Part shown: piece by piece, positions 1 to 12,584 of the stretch | How the letters are laid out: the number at the start of each line of letters is the position of its first letter | Numbering within the stretch: the stretch's first letter is position 1 | Assembly (NCBI RefSeq): GCF_009914755.1 | Contig: NC_060927.1 | Reading direction: 5' to 3' (one strand) | Source: the human T2T-CHM13v2.0 reference genome, Homo sapiens | Length of the DNA: 64,000 nt | Program-made: the position numbers and the translations under genes | The notes under the pieces: generated by a model | What the model was told of the DNA's origin: nothing | The model's database searches: none | The model's input: only the letters and a program-made list of their open reading frames with translations

Positions 1-1287
1 GGCCATAACTAAGAGAATGCCCAAAAGCACAATGATGCCATTTCCATGAATAAGCTGGTTCTGGAGGCTCCTATGTTGGTCAAATTTAATGCTCAGATGG
101 CAGTAGCTACAGAAACTATGTCTATTCTCTCTAAGATTTAAGTTTGGCACGCCATTGAACACCTTGGATGATGTGAGACTCAGCAAGCAATCATCTCACT
201 GCCTTTACCGTCTCTTCCTGGCTATGCTGTTCATGTGCCCAGCATGCCTCTCTTCAGTGTCTGCTTGAGGTCTGCCATGATCAGTCAGGAGCTAGGTGAT
301 CTGCAGAAGGTGAAGGCAAAGAGAGCAAGAAATTAAATATGTGACTTTAGTGACCCAAGAACTATGAGTAACAATGCCATGGCCAAAAAGCTTCTCTGCA
401 TTTGGTCATGGCAATCACTTACTCCAAAACCAGACTCCTCTGGGACTGTAGGTCCAGGCTGCTGAATGCATCTGACTAAAGCAAGAATTGAGAAACAAAG
501 AAAGAACTGCTGAGTTTGGACCTTTAGCAGAACTTGATTTTACATAAATGCTCTGTTATTTGTCAAAGGGTCTGTTTTCTCTGGTTAAACTGAAAAGGGA
601 TATGAAAAATTTTTGCTTAGAAAATGTGGATGTTTCCTCTAAAAAGCATATTTCAAAACTTCATTCCAGGAAGTTCCTTTATAACTTGGTGTAATTTGCT
701 GCAGCTCAACATAAATGCTGCTAAACTCCCACAGGAAGCATGCAAAGAAGATGTTGGAAATCAGAGAAGAATTGTGAAGGAAGAGGATGAAGGGATTCTG
801 TGTTTCAATGTAGTAATTCTCTTATGCTACTTATCAACTTCCACCCTGCCGTTAGAGCCATTTGTGTTCATCTCTCACTTATTGGACTGTTAGCTCTTTA
901 TGAGTACAGAGTCATTGTCAGATATATTCTTTTTTTCCCCAGCATCTAGTGCAATGTCTGATATATGGTAGGTTTGAAAGACAACAAACATTATGAATAT
1001 GGCAGAGATTGTCAGTGCTCATTAGATTTCTGTTTACTCTTCATGGTATGAAGACATGAATAAGGAGTAGCAGGGCCATCCAGGTACTACATTACAAAGT
1101 GTGTTCCTAGTGAATTTTTCCTGTGTTAAGACCCCGAAATGTGAGTGTCTATTTGCTACAGGAGATAAAGTAATTCTAATACAATGAGTACATAATTCAA
1201 TCGATTAACTGATTAAGTGATGGCTGAATAATATTAATATGAGATATTAATGCTTGATTTCTAATTATTTAAGTAAGAGAATAAATA

Positions 1288-1479
1288 CATAATCAGATTT
1301 ATCATGAAGCTAATGAAGGTTATGTTTCAATGAAGGCACTGGCAGAACTCTCTCTTCTTGGGAAATGCCCTACCAATATGTTCAGATTTGTAAATTTTTC
1401 AAAAGTAATTTTTTGTATTATTTTTCTTAGGAGCAGGTCCTCAAATTACAGAAGCCACAGAAAACTGACTCTGTCCCTG
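1288..1479. mobile_element. MER53-like hAT DNA transposon (MITE)
   Basis: About 190 bp. Starts like GGATTTACCGTGAAGCTAATGAAGCTT (here agatttatcatgaagctaatgaaggtt) and ends ...cacagaaaactgactctgtccctg, matching recalled MER53 termini. Confidence 0.7.
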
Positions 1480-4049
1480 GGTCAAGATAATAGAGCATGG
1501 TGGTATATAATGCATAAAATATGAAATTTTTATTAGCAATACACAGGAAGTCAATCTTTTCCACTGAAGTTGACTTTTTTATTAATAAAAATGTCATACA
1601 ATCTAAAGTAGCTTGCTATTTATTGTCACATTTTCTCTCATTACTTTTTCTATGATGCCTTAGCAGAAAGAATTGCCTCATTAATAACTTTGACCAATTG
1701 CTTTTGCAAGATGTTGATTATTTCTCCCTTTTGCATTTGCCAAAGTTTACAAATAGATTAAAAAAACGCCTTTCTTGTAATAGTGTTAGGTTAGTTTTAA
1801 TAATGAGTCAACTGTGGGTGTTTTAAACATTTCCAGTAAATTTATCTTTAGGCATAGATATATCTTGTATGATAACCAAATTAAATACACACACATATAA
1901 CACACACACATACAAATGAGTTTATGGAATGCTCAGGAAAGTAAGATAAAAAATAACGTCTAACAACTTATTTGATTAAATTCAGCTCTCTCACTTTTAA
2001 TATTTTGTTAAGTGATATTCTAACTAGAGGGGAGATATGAGAAAAGGAATATTTGATAGATATTATCTTTCTAGATATTAGTAAAGGAATAACTTATGAC
2101 TTTGGAAATGAGTTTGAGTTTTAAAGGTAGGAATATATGATGGACAATTTTGCCTGTATCTTCAGTTGCAAACATTTGTGTCTGCTATATTGATAAACTT
2201 TCCTTACCAAAACTCTTGAATTTGCTATTATTCAATTTGATTTGTCTCTTCCTTTGTCTTTACCTAGCTTCTTACAGACAATCTACAAAAGAAAAAAAAA
2301 TTTTACCTTACTTAGACATAGGCTTCAGTTATTTGTTACCATTTCATTGTATACTACTTCATGATATGAGAATAGGAGAAAAACACTACATTTCTCTCTA
2401 GGAAGGAAATGATTATTAAAATTTTCAAAAGCAACATTCCCAATATAGTTAATAATTCATAAAAAAAGCAAATCAAGGAACTAAAGATAAGAACAATGCA
2501 TGCTGTCTAGAAGACATCATTCATGCAACTAGTTAAATGCACATAATAAAAGTTGAAGATATCTCTACAGTTTCTGAGCTGAAAGGGTTCTCATAAAAAC
2601 CCAAAAGTATTCATAGACACAGAGTTCCCATTTTAATGAAAGAGGTTTTTTCAGGAATCATAGAATAGTGTTGTATCATCCATACATAAGCAACATGGCA
2701 GCAGCTGTAGCTTGTTTTTATCCCAAAGCACTCACTTTAACAGCTGAGCATTAAAACATTGATTTTGATATTGAGAAAACCACATTTACTAAGTTCCATG
2801 TCCAAAAAATTTCAAATAAGCTATTATAGAATAAATAATTTAAATCTTTCTCTATGCATTTCATAAGGGTAAAGGCTTTTATGCCCACAAAAAAAATGCA
2901 TGTTTAGTATAACAGCAGAACCATTATCCAAAAGAATAGAAAATATTTCCCCTACATCTAATTTAGACCCCGTTCCTTTAGCATAGGGCTTTGTAAGACT
3001 GTTTGATTATTCAATAATCAACTTTCAACCCAAAGTTATTACTTTTCTAACTCTTTGAAAGAAGCTTTGATATATTTTCTTCCTAATTTAATTGGCAGCT
3101 ATCAGTTAAAAAAACCATTTATTGAGACCTTAAATGTAAATTAATAATTTTCCCTAACCATCTGTTAACAGAAGTCAGTTGATGAATGTTAACTGTAACA
3201 TCCATAAGTGTTGGTGGCCTTTCATTGCCCATATCTTCCCCATATCCCTGTAGTCCAGAGATATGTCAATTGAAATAGCTGGATAGTGGTCAAGACTTCT
3301 TCATAAGCCCTCTTGTCTGTAGCAGACATTTGTTCTGTGTTCTTGAGCTTGATATATGGTTGTAGAATCAAAAACACACATTCATCATAAAGGAAGCTAG
3401 TGTTTTATCTAGGAGCTATAAGTTTTCTGGTAAGTACAAAAGGAAAAGAACAGCACCCAAGAGAGAAAGTGAAGGAAGAAAGATGGGGAGCTAGCAGTGG
3501 GTGAACTAAATAAAGCATTATAAAGTACTACACAGGAGCAATTCATCCAGCATCGAGGCTACAACCATGTTATCTTTTCATTTTCAAATCCTTCTTATCC
3601 CTCCTTAAGGGCCTACTACATGACCTTACAGACAGTAGATACTCAGTCAACATTCTCCAACAATCGGCCATGCCAACCACCTGCACATTTCATGCTTGGG
3701 TCATGTGGTGAGAAAAAGGACAGTGGATGAGAGCTACACACAAAGAACACTCTTCCTCTCTTCACACTTCCGATTGTCTTTCTTGGAGCCTCCATTTTTC
3801 CTGTGTCCAGACTTTGGTATTCAGTGTGGGCCCATTAGAGTGTCTGGAAAAATTTATTTCTTTTACAGCTCCTGAACAGAACTAGCATTCATTTTCCAAG
3901 CTGGAATCACAACAGAAATATGAAAGCTAACTGCACATAGTATAAATAAACATGGTATGGGAACATGAGAGCAGAACACAGCGGCCTGACATAGACGAGA
4001 GAGACAATCCAGCATAACAAATAGTAAGTTGTGCTTTGCCCGTGGCATT

Positions 4050-4375
4050 TTCCGGCTCCATCAATAATTATATAATACAACAGTCACTGATTTCTCAGCC
4101 CTGGATCAATAATGGGTTTCACATCCCCTCCAGAGCTGGTTGTTGACCAAGGTGCTTGCTCAGACCCCCACCTCATCTATGGCAAAAATCGATTCTTGCG
4201 TAACTGCTTGTGTGCTTGGAATGTCAGCATCAGAGCAATGGAGAAATGTGGAGTTTAATAGCACTGCAGAATTCATAAAGATTTCATATCTGCCCCACAA
4301 GCCCATAGAGCTCAACCAGTAGCTTCAAAGGAAAGTTCCCAACCCAAAAGATACAATACAGTGGGACTTTCCAAA
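4050..4375. promoter_or_regulatory. Candidate enhancer: cluster of NF-kB, C/EBP, ONECUT, TEAD and TCF/LEF motifs
   Basis: GGGACTTTCC 4363-4372; GGAAAGTTCCC 4330-4340; TTGCGTAA 4196-4203; AAAATCGAT 4185-4193; ATCAATAAT at 4060 and 4105; GGAATGT 4218-4224; CTTCAAAG 4323-4330. Non-repetitive sequence with several retained CpGs. Confidence 0.45.
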
Positions 4376-4468
4376 GGAAAAACAACAGCAACAACAACAA
4401 CAGCAACCACAGACATGTAGCACACTCACAGGCTAAGAGCAGACTATGGAAGGAAATCTGTGTTTCAT

Positions 4469-4500
4469 CTGTCCTATGATTAACCTGTCCTATGATTAAC
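4469..4500. repeat. 16-bp perfect tandem duplication (CTGTCCTATGATTAAC x2)
   Basis: Directly visible: copies at 4469-4484 and 4485-4500. Confidence 0.95.
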
Positions 4501-5260
4501 ATATCCCATATTCTAACAGGTGAGCTGACATTCTTAGTACAATGGTATGGTAGTGTCACAATAATATTTGGGATGGACTTTCTGAGTTACAGCCCAAAAA
4601 TATCCCATCACAACTAAGGCTACATCAAAGGACAGTCATATCACATCATAAAATATATTTTTAAAAATGTAAAGAGGCTCTATTTCTTTATACAAAGTAG
4701 CATATTTTCAAGTCAGATATTCTTTGATAAACAACCTATTTGTGTGTACTCAACACACACACACACAAAAAGGAGATCTAATAATCATTGTTTTAATCTG
4801 ATCAAGGCAGATTACCAAACGGGATAATATAGATACCAAAGTAGGTTATAAAAATTGAAATATCCTGTTTGGTTGTCTGCCTTGATTTCATTAACCAGAC
4901 AATGGTCCAAATTCTTCTTCACTAGTAAAGTTGTATACTAGTAGTACATAAATAAGGACAAAATTGTGAAATAGGCTTTTTTTAAGCTTCTATTGCCCTC
5001 TCTTTTACAGGGTCATTCTAACTGGTGGCCATAAAAATGTCAGAAGAATGTATCATAGACATTAAGAACCTTAATTGTGCAGTTAAAAAAAAAAGCAGAA
5101 CCCAGAGAGGCTGAGTGTGTTACCCAAGATTAGCAATAGCCCCAGCATCTCATGGATCCAGGAACCACGTGTTATCCACTGTGCCAGATCTTCTGCTAAG
5201 ATGACAAGGACAAGTATGTTTTGGGGGTTCTAGAGGCTATGCCCCTAAATTATCCTCACT

Positions 5261-5600
5261 TAAATGGAGCAAATATCTGTGCCTCTCTGAAATTCCTATG
5301 TTAAAATCCTAACCCCCACAGTGATGGTATTAAGAGGTAGGGCCTTTGAGAAATAAGATCATGAGGATGGAGCCCTCATGAATGGGATTAGTGCCCTTAT
5401 ACAAAGGACCCCAGAAAGCTCTTTGACCCTATTTTTGCTATATAAGGACACTGCAAAAAAGAGGCTGGTTATGAACTAGGAGACAGGCTCTCATAAGACA
5501 TCAAATCATCTGGTACCTTGCTCTTGTACTCCCCAGCCTCCAGAACTGTGAGAACTATGTTTGTTGTTTAAACCATCGGTCTATGGTATTCTGTTACTAC
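5261..5600 (+). mobile_element. MLT1A-family (ERVL-MaLR) solo LTR
   Basis: aaattcctatgttaaaatcctaacccc...gtgatggtattaagaggtagggcctttg...atgaatgggattagtgccctta...cagcctccagaactgtgaga...tatggtattctgtta. Confidence 0.88.
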
Positions 5601-5699
5601 CTCTCCTCACATCTTTTTTTGAACATTTCCCTATTGTCGTTAGGAAATACAGCTAAGCAACACTGAGCCTAATTTCACAAAAAGGTGTTTATGGTGGTC

Positions 5700-6672
5700 A
5701 AAGCAGTATCTTCTGATCCTTCCCTTCTCACTTTCCCACCCTCATACCACTTTTCTACCTATAGAACTAACCAAACTTAGCAATTCCATTCTTTGCGTTG
5801 CTTGGAACAAAATCTTTAGATTCATACTTAATGCTTCTCTTTCTTGTATTCCCCTCATCCCAGCCATCATTAAGTACTAACAGCTCTACTGTCAACCTCT
5901 GACCATTTCTCGTCACTTTCACTGTTATCACATTGGTTCAAGTTACCATCATATTCACCTGAGTTAATTGCAATAGCTTTATAACTATACCTACTAGAAG
6001 ACGTCACTGCTTTGACTTTTGCCACACTCTTTCTTACACCCAAGTTATTCTCATCCAATAGCCAAAATTATCATTTTAAAGCCTAAATCTGAATATGATA
6101 CTTTTCTACTTAAAACCTTCCAATTGCTCTCCATCTCACTCAAAAAATTCATACCTGACAATTGTCTATAAGGCCCTATACAATCCTATTGCTCTAACTT
6201 CATCATCTATTCACCCACTAGTTCACTAGGAGCCAGCCAAATAGTCTTCTTGCTGTTCTGCAAATACTCTAAACATGCTCTGGCCTCAATGTTTGTATAA
6301 TCACTGTCCCTTCTTCCTGGATCACTTTTCCCTCAGATACAAACATAGCTGGTACCCATAGCTTCCTCAAGATGTTGCCCAAATGTCATCTTCCCTTGCT
6401 TTACCTTTAAAAAATAAAACTGGCCTTCTAACACCTACCTCAGCATTTCTTACTGATTTTTCTCCATTACAGTTAACTTCTAATATGCTATATAACTCGA
6501 TTTTTCTTTTGTGTATTGTCTGTCCTCCCCATCCAGATGTGAGCTCTGAGTGGTGGGGAGAAAGGATCTGAGGCAGAGAGGTTTTCTTTGTTTACCACTA
6601 CAACCCCAGTACCTAGTATGGCAGCATGTAGCAAACATTTACTTAAAGTTGATTGGATAAATTAACGAATAA
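5700..6672 (+). mobile_element. L2 LINE 3' portion (L2a-like)
   Basis: Pyrimidine-rich L2 3' region ending ...accccagtacctagtatggcagcatgtagcaaacatttacttaaagttgattggataaattaacgaat. Confidence 0.8.
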
Positions 6673-9194
6673 TAAGACAAAAGTCAGATTTCAGGTAGGG
6701 AGGTGCAGGGGACAACCTGGGGCAAAGGAAGCCTTCTTTGTATCTGTTCATCATCTCTAGATGCATATTCTTTCATGAACAAGGCAGGAGGTTGGTTCAA
6801 GCTATTCAAGTTGTGTCAATAAATCAGGTATCTGGTCTCAAATAAATGTTGGAGATAATCTGATGCTAAATAATGTTTTCAGACAGGATAAAATTTAGGG
6901 AGTAGGCATGGTGCTGTTTTTTCTGAAATAGCTGGAAAATGGTCCATCACTCTTTCCTGTGCTGCCACCACCCAGAAAGCTTGAATTATAAGCAAGTATT
7001 TCCTCTCTGTTAGCACTCCCTGCCCTCGAGACATGAGTTTGCAAAATCATGGAATGAAGGACTGAGGGAATGAGAAGAAAGTCAGAGAGCGGCATTGAGG
7101 GAGAAGATATGTGATACTCTGACTTCCTACCCTCTCCTTATGATTCCCTGGAGATCTGTTGATGCCTTTGCTCCCCTCACTTCTTTACTCTTTGCCATCT
7201 GCTGTCCCTATGTCTAAGTAAGGTCAGGAGTGGCTGAACTGGATGAAAGGATACTTCACATTGAGAATCAGGATTAGATACAGCAATTCAATGCCTTACC
7301 AAAGTGCCCAGAGAACTCTAATGTTTGAAAATAATTCCCAACAGGTACTGAAAATTCAAAGAACTTATGATACAAATGCAGCATCTGAGCCACACTCTTA
7401 TACAGCTGGGCTGATTATGTAGTCTAGAGAGCAGGAACTGATCACCATGGGCTGGCCAACTGGGCAAAGAACAAATGATGAATCTGTCCAACTGCCTGAC
7501 CTCAAAGGCTCCCTTTCTGAATGTACCTTTAGTCTGTTTGCACAAAAGAAGACTGCAATAACAACTAAAGTTTTTCTTTTTAGTTTCTTCTTTAGGCATG
7601 CACTATGGAACAACATCAGCAAAAAGGCGCACCAGCAGGAAGAAACTAACTAATGTACAGTCAGCAAAAAAGTCCAGATTTTAGTGCACTTTTACTTACA
7701 TCCTCACAGAAAGAGAATACAAGCTGTATTTGACCCAAGCAACTCCTTGCAAACTTTAATTACAGCACTTGGAAAACCTTACATGTAAAAGTAATTAAAA
7801 AGAAATTGTTCCCTGGGAAGAAATAGGCCAATTTGAACTGTGGAACTTTATTTTTTCCAAGAAATTTCACAAGTGAAGTTGGTGTCAGGTAACTTGCCAG
7901 GTAATAAATAGTAATAAGAATAAAATTTCAAACATCTTCAGAGTTGATAGGTGAAATTTAAAAATTGGTCATCAGGGAATCTATCTCATTGACAAGGTAA
8001 AGGAAAAGACATAGTTAGTTGAATTTTAAAAAGTCAAACAGCAACTGTTGACTCATTGGGAATTATCTAGAGAAAGTAAAGAAACAATCTTAAAGCTAAA
8101 TAGAAGGGCCATTATTCTATTTTAACAGCCTCTCAGGCCACTGGGCATGACTTATATTCTCAGCCCTTCTGTTTTAAAGACCCACATGCTCAAACACAAA
8201 GAGATATATAAATCTACTCTTGAACATATTTAAGTACCAAGAATTTAGCCTCATTCCCATGTTTACCCTAACAGAGTCCATCAAAGATGGGGCAGACCAG
8301 CAAAAACAAAAGTAAAATTTTAGAGAATGTGGGAAGGTGTTGCTACTCTGGATGATTTGGGGTAAAAACATGGGTCTGGAGTAAAGTTTCAGACAGGCTC
8401 AGAATCCTCCCTCTGCTACTTGGCTTAAATGTGAATAGGTTTTTCATTCTGAATTTTATGGATCCTTGACTCTAGCTTAAGAAGGGAGGTGTACTGAAAC
8501 AGATTTGTCTGCCTTTGAGATGCAAAGTTTGGCACTAGAATAGTCTAAAGAATTACATAGTTTTGTTCAAATTTTCCTATCTGGGTTCTAAGGAATGTTC
8601 TATTTTCAGGTAGAAATAGATTTGGCAAACAAGTAAAACTAGTCACTGGTCACTGGGTCCACGTTTGGCATCACTTTATATACTTTGATGTTTGAAAGGC
8701 TTTATCACAGCACATTGAGGTGTCCCATCCTCATATATCATAGCCTTCATTGCAGTTATAACCATAATTGAATAACTGTGTGACTAAAGCTCTGTTCACT
8801 ACCTCTTCCAAGATGCTTAGAAAAATGCCTGGCAAATAATATTCATTATAAAAGTAATTCCTGGATAGGTGGATACAAGAATGGAGGATGAAGACAGTTT
8901 CTCCTCATTTATGCAATTATTCCCAGTGACAACTGAGTTATCACTTTAGGGCACTCTAATAAAATAAGAGCTCAGTTTTAAAGTAGGAACACTGTCACCT
9001 AAGTCTTTAAGTGTGGAGGTAAAAGTCCTTTCCTCTGTCTGTGCTACTTCCTCCATGGTTACCCAGGTCATACATAAACTTATGGCCATAGTTATAATGG
9101 TGCATATCTTTTTGTGCTGAGAAAGCTCACAAGAAGTCCCTGCTGTTCACATGCAAGATACTCCATTATTTTCTACAAAAATCATCTGACTGGT

Positions 9195-9420
9195 ATGGTG
9201 AAATGAAACAAATGTGTACTATGCTGCTCTTGAAACCAGAGATTTGATGCCAACTTGGTCTCCCACCCCTTGTAATAAGTGAGAAATATTATTTACTATA
9301 TACTTAGCTTTCATTGCTCCATGTACAAATATGGAGACCTCATTGCAGGGGGATTGGGAAGATCAACTGAGATTATTAAAGAAAGGCTTAGTATTACTGA
9401 TGGTCAATAATTAAACAAGT
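9195..9420 (+). mobile_element. MIR SINE (degenerate)
   Basis: tRNA-derived head and core similarity (ctcttgaaaccagagatttg...cttagctttcattgctccatgtacaaatatggag...gaagatcaactgagat). Confidence 0.55.
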
Positions 9421-9984
9421 ATCATCATCAAGAATTAGTAGGTTCATGTACTTCTCCTGGACACAGGAGAGATAGCATAAGCTAGTATGTGGGTTTCACT
9501 TCCCACATTTGTAACGGTCTATGCTATGTCTTTTGGAAATCAGATTATTTCTGGAGCTCAAATGTCACTCAAAACAAATGTTCAAGGAAGTAAAAATCAA
9601 GTCTAGAGGATCATGATGTTGGAATCCAAGATCAGAGACTATGAAAGATGGACTCAGATTAAGGACTGATTGTACTGTACCTATACATGTGTCCAGATAC
9701 TTTGCTAGCAAGCTCATCTGCCTTTATAATCCAAGATACCACGTCCCAATGCTAGGCCTCGTTATCAGGTAAACTATTACTTCACCGTCAATAAGGAAAG
9801 GTGTGTCTTAGCAAAATAAAGTTCAGAGTCCCACAAACCACACATGCACAACATTCAATCAAATGATGCAATGTTATTTACAATCCTTCAGAGAGGAGTC
9901 TTTCATGCAGGGACCATGGGCTCAAAACTGATGGTGCTGTACAACAAATATGGAGAAGCCAAATATTCCGTCCATCCAAAAAAG

Positions 9985-10150
9985 CACAGATTGTGAAGCT
10001 CTGTCATTTATTAGTGGAGTAATGTTAGGCAAGTCATATAATTAATCTGAGTATAGTGTCTTCATCTGAAAGGACACAGGGAGAAATCATGCCCATTTTG
10101 CAGTGTCTCATGAAGAATAAATAGTAGGCAAAATATCTACTCTATGGAAA
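9985..10150 (+). mobile_element. MIR SINE (degenerate)
   Basis: ctctgtcatttattagtggagtaatgttaggcaagtcat...tcttcatctgaaa, MIR core. Confidence 0.6.
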
Positions 10151-10194
10151 ACATTCAAAAAAATCTTCAGTTACATTTATTCTTATCCTATACT

Positions 10195-10544
10195 TGTTAT
10201 GACATGAAAAAAAGTATTTGTCCCTACAAAATTCATATGTTGCAATCCTAACTCCCAAGGTGATGGTATTAGAAAGTAGACACTTTGGGAGGTGATTAAA
10301 TGATGAAGGTAAAACCCTCACAAGTCAAATTAGGCCCCAGAGAACTGCCTTGCCCCATCCACCATGTGAGGATACAGTGAGAAGTAATCATCTATTAGAA
10401 AGAGGGCCCTCACCAGGCCCTGAATCTGCTTCCACCTTAGTCTTGGACTTCCCAGTCTCCAAGACTGTGAGAAATAAATTTCTGTTGTTTATAAGATACC
10501 CAGTCTAAGGTATTTTGTTAGAACAGCCCACATGTACCATGACA
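10195..10544 (+). mobile_element. MLT1A0-like 5' LTR of a full-length MaLR element
   Basis: TG...CA-bounded LTR (tgttatg...catgaca) with typical MLT1A0 segments such as ccaccatgtgaggatacagtgagaag and actgtgagaaataaatttctgttgtttataag. Confidence 0.9.
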
Positions 10545-12203
10545 GAAATTGGTACTGAGAATTGGTCGAGCTGCTATAACAAATACCTAAAAGTGTGGAG
10601 ATGACTTTGGAAGTGGGTAATGAGTAGAAGTGAAAGAGTTTTGAAGTGCATGCTAGAAAAACATATGTTACAGTGAAAGGCCTGAAAAGGGCAATTCTGA
10701 TGCAGGCTTAGAAGAAGAAGAAGAAGAGATCTAAGGAGAAAGCTTCAATCTTCTAAGGGATTACCTAAGTGGTCATGAACAGATTGGTAAAAGTATGGAT
10801 AGTAAAGGTCATTGTGATAAGATCTCAGATGGAAGTGAAGAACATGTTATTGGAAATTAGAAGAAAAGTGATGTTTGTTACAAGTGGCAAAGAACTTCAC
10901 TGAATTCTGTCTGTGTTTTTGTGTTTTGTGGATGGTAAAACTTGAGAACAATGAAACAAAATACTTGGTGCAGGAAATTTCTAAGCAAGGTGTTAAGGGT
11001 GCAGCATGATTTTTCTTAATCCTTACAGTAACATGCCAGAAGAGAAGATGATATAAAGATGGAACCTATGAATCAAAAGGGAAGCTTCCTGTTTGATTAA
11101 AGATTTGAAAAATTATCAGCCTGGCCATATTATAAGAAATGAGAAAGCTTGTCAGGTAGAGAACCAAGCCACTATTTAGTATGGATCTATGGAATAGCAT
11201 TTAGTATTCATCAATACAATGGAAGAACAACCCAAAGACATTTCAGAGATCCTCAGGGCTGTCCCTCTCAACACAGGCACATTATAAAAGGGCCTTAGGG
11301 AAAAACGGTATTTGGAGTCCTTGCTTTCCTGAATCCTAACTGTTCACTGTAGCTTATCTTAACTGCCCTTCTAGAGGGCAAGTAGGTAAAGTTCAGTAGC
11401 ATTCATGCAGTATCATCTGCACCAGGGCACTGAGTGCAGGTGTGTAGGAATGTTCACCTTCGCCTAGATTGCAAAGGATGGAGCCACTCAAAGACTCTGG
11501 TTCTCCATTAAGGCAGGGAATGAGTGAGAGGGTAGGGTCACTACAGACAGTTCACACTAGGACAATGCCTAATCGAGCCATGGGGAAGAGGCTTCTCCCA
11601 CCACCTCAGACCAGCAGAGCTACCAGCATGCCATTCCTGCCTGAGAGAGTGCAGGCACAGGCCCACAATCCTTAAGAGCTGCAGTGTGGGCTGTACCCAG
11701 CAAAGCTATAGAGGTGGAGTCACCCAAAGCCATGGGTGCAATGCTGCCTGAAGCCTTAGATGCTCCACCCCTGCAAGGCAAAGCTGCAAAGGCAGGACTT
11801 CTGCCCCAGTGGGGTTGGAGGATAAAAGGTCAAAGGTCATTCTGAAGCTTTAACATTTAATGTTGTTTTCTCTGTTGGGTTTTGGACTTACATGGGACCG
11901 ACCAGTCGCTTCCTTCTTCTTTCCTGTTTCTTCCTTTTGAAATTGGAATGTCTTTCCTATCTCATCATTGTATTTTGGAAGAACATAAAGCATATGATTT
12001 CAGAGCTTCACAGCTGAAGAGCAATTTGCCTCAGAATAAATCATATCTTGAGTTTCATCTATATCTGATTTAGATGATATTTAGTTAAAACTCTGGACTT
12101 CATACTTTTGAGTTGATGTTGGAACAAGTTAAGAGTTTTGGAGTAACTGGGATAGAGTGAATATATTTTGCAAGTGAGAAGGACATGAAATTATGGGGAA
12201 GAA
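10545..12203 (+). mobile_element. MLT1A0-int (MaLR internal region, degenerate, non-coding)
   Basis: Starts GAAATTGGTACTGAGA...GCTGCTATAACAAATACCTAAAAGTGTGGAG, the typical MaLR-int start. Ends with a purine tract (ggggaagaa) before the 3' LTR. Confidence 0.9.
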
Positions 12204-12584
12204 TGTGCTGGTCTGAATGTTGTGTCCCCGCTTCCCCCTCCAAATACCCTCAAAATTCATATGGTGGAATCTTAACACAGGAAGTGATGGGATTAGGAGG
12301 TAGAGTCTTTGGGAGCTGATTAGATCATGAGAATGGATCTTTTGTGAATGGGATTAGTGCCCTTAGAAAATAGGCCCTGGAAAGATGTGTTGCTCCTTCC
12401 ACCATATAAAAGACACAGATAAAAGTTACCATCTATGAGAACCAGCCCCACAACAGACCCCAAATCTGCCAGTTCCTTGATCTTGGAATTCCTAGCCTCC
12501 GGAACTATGAAAAGTAATTTCTATTGTTTATAAGCTACCTAGTTTATGGGTTTTCTTGCTACCATAACCTGAGTGACTAAGATA
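12204..12584 (+). mobile_element. MLT1A0-like 3' LTR of the same MaLR element
   Basis: ggtctgaatgttgtgtcccc...aaaattcatatggtggaatcttaac...gaatgggattagtgccctta...gactaagata; homologous to 10195-10544. Confidence 0.9.

Noticed and set aside
1-195. Minus-strand 65-codon stop-free frame ending in hydrophobic GIIVLLGILLVMA at the window edge
   Set aside because: No upstream start codon, no clear splice acceptor and no recognisable protein family; length is compatible with chance.
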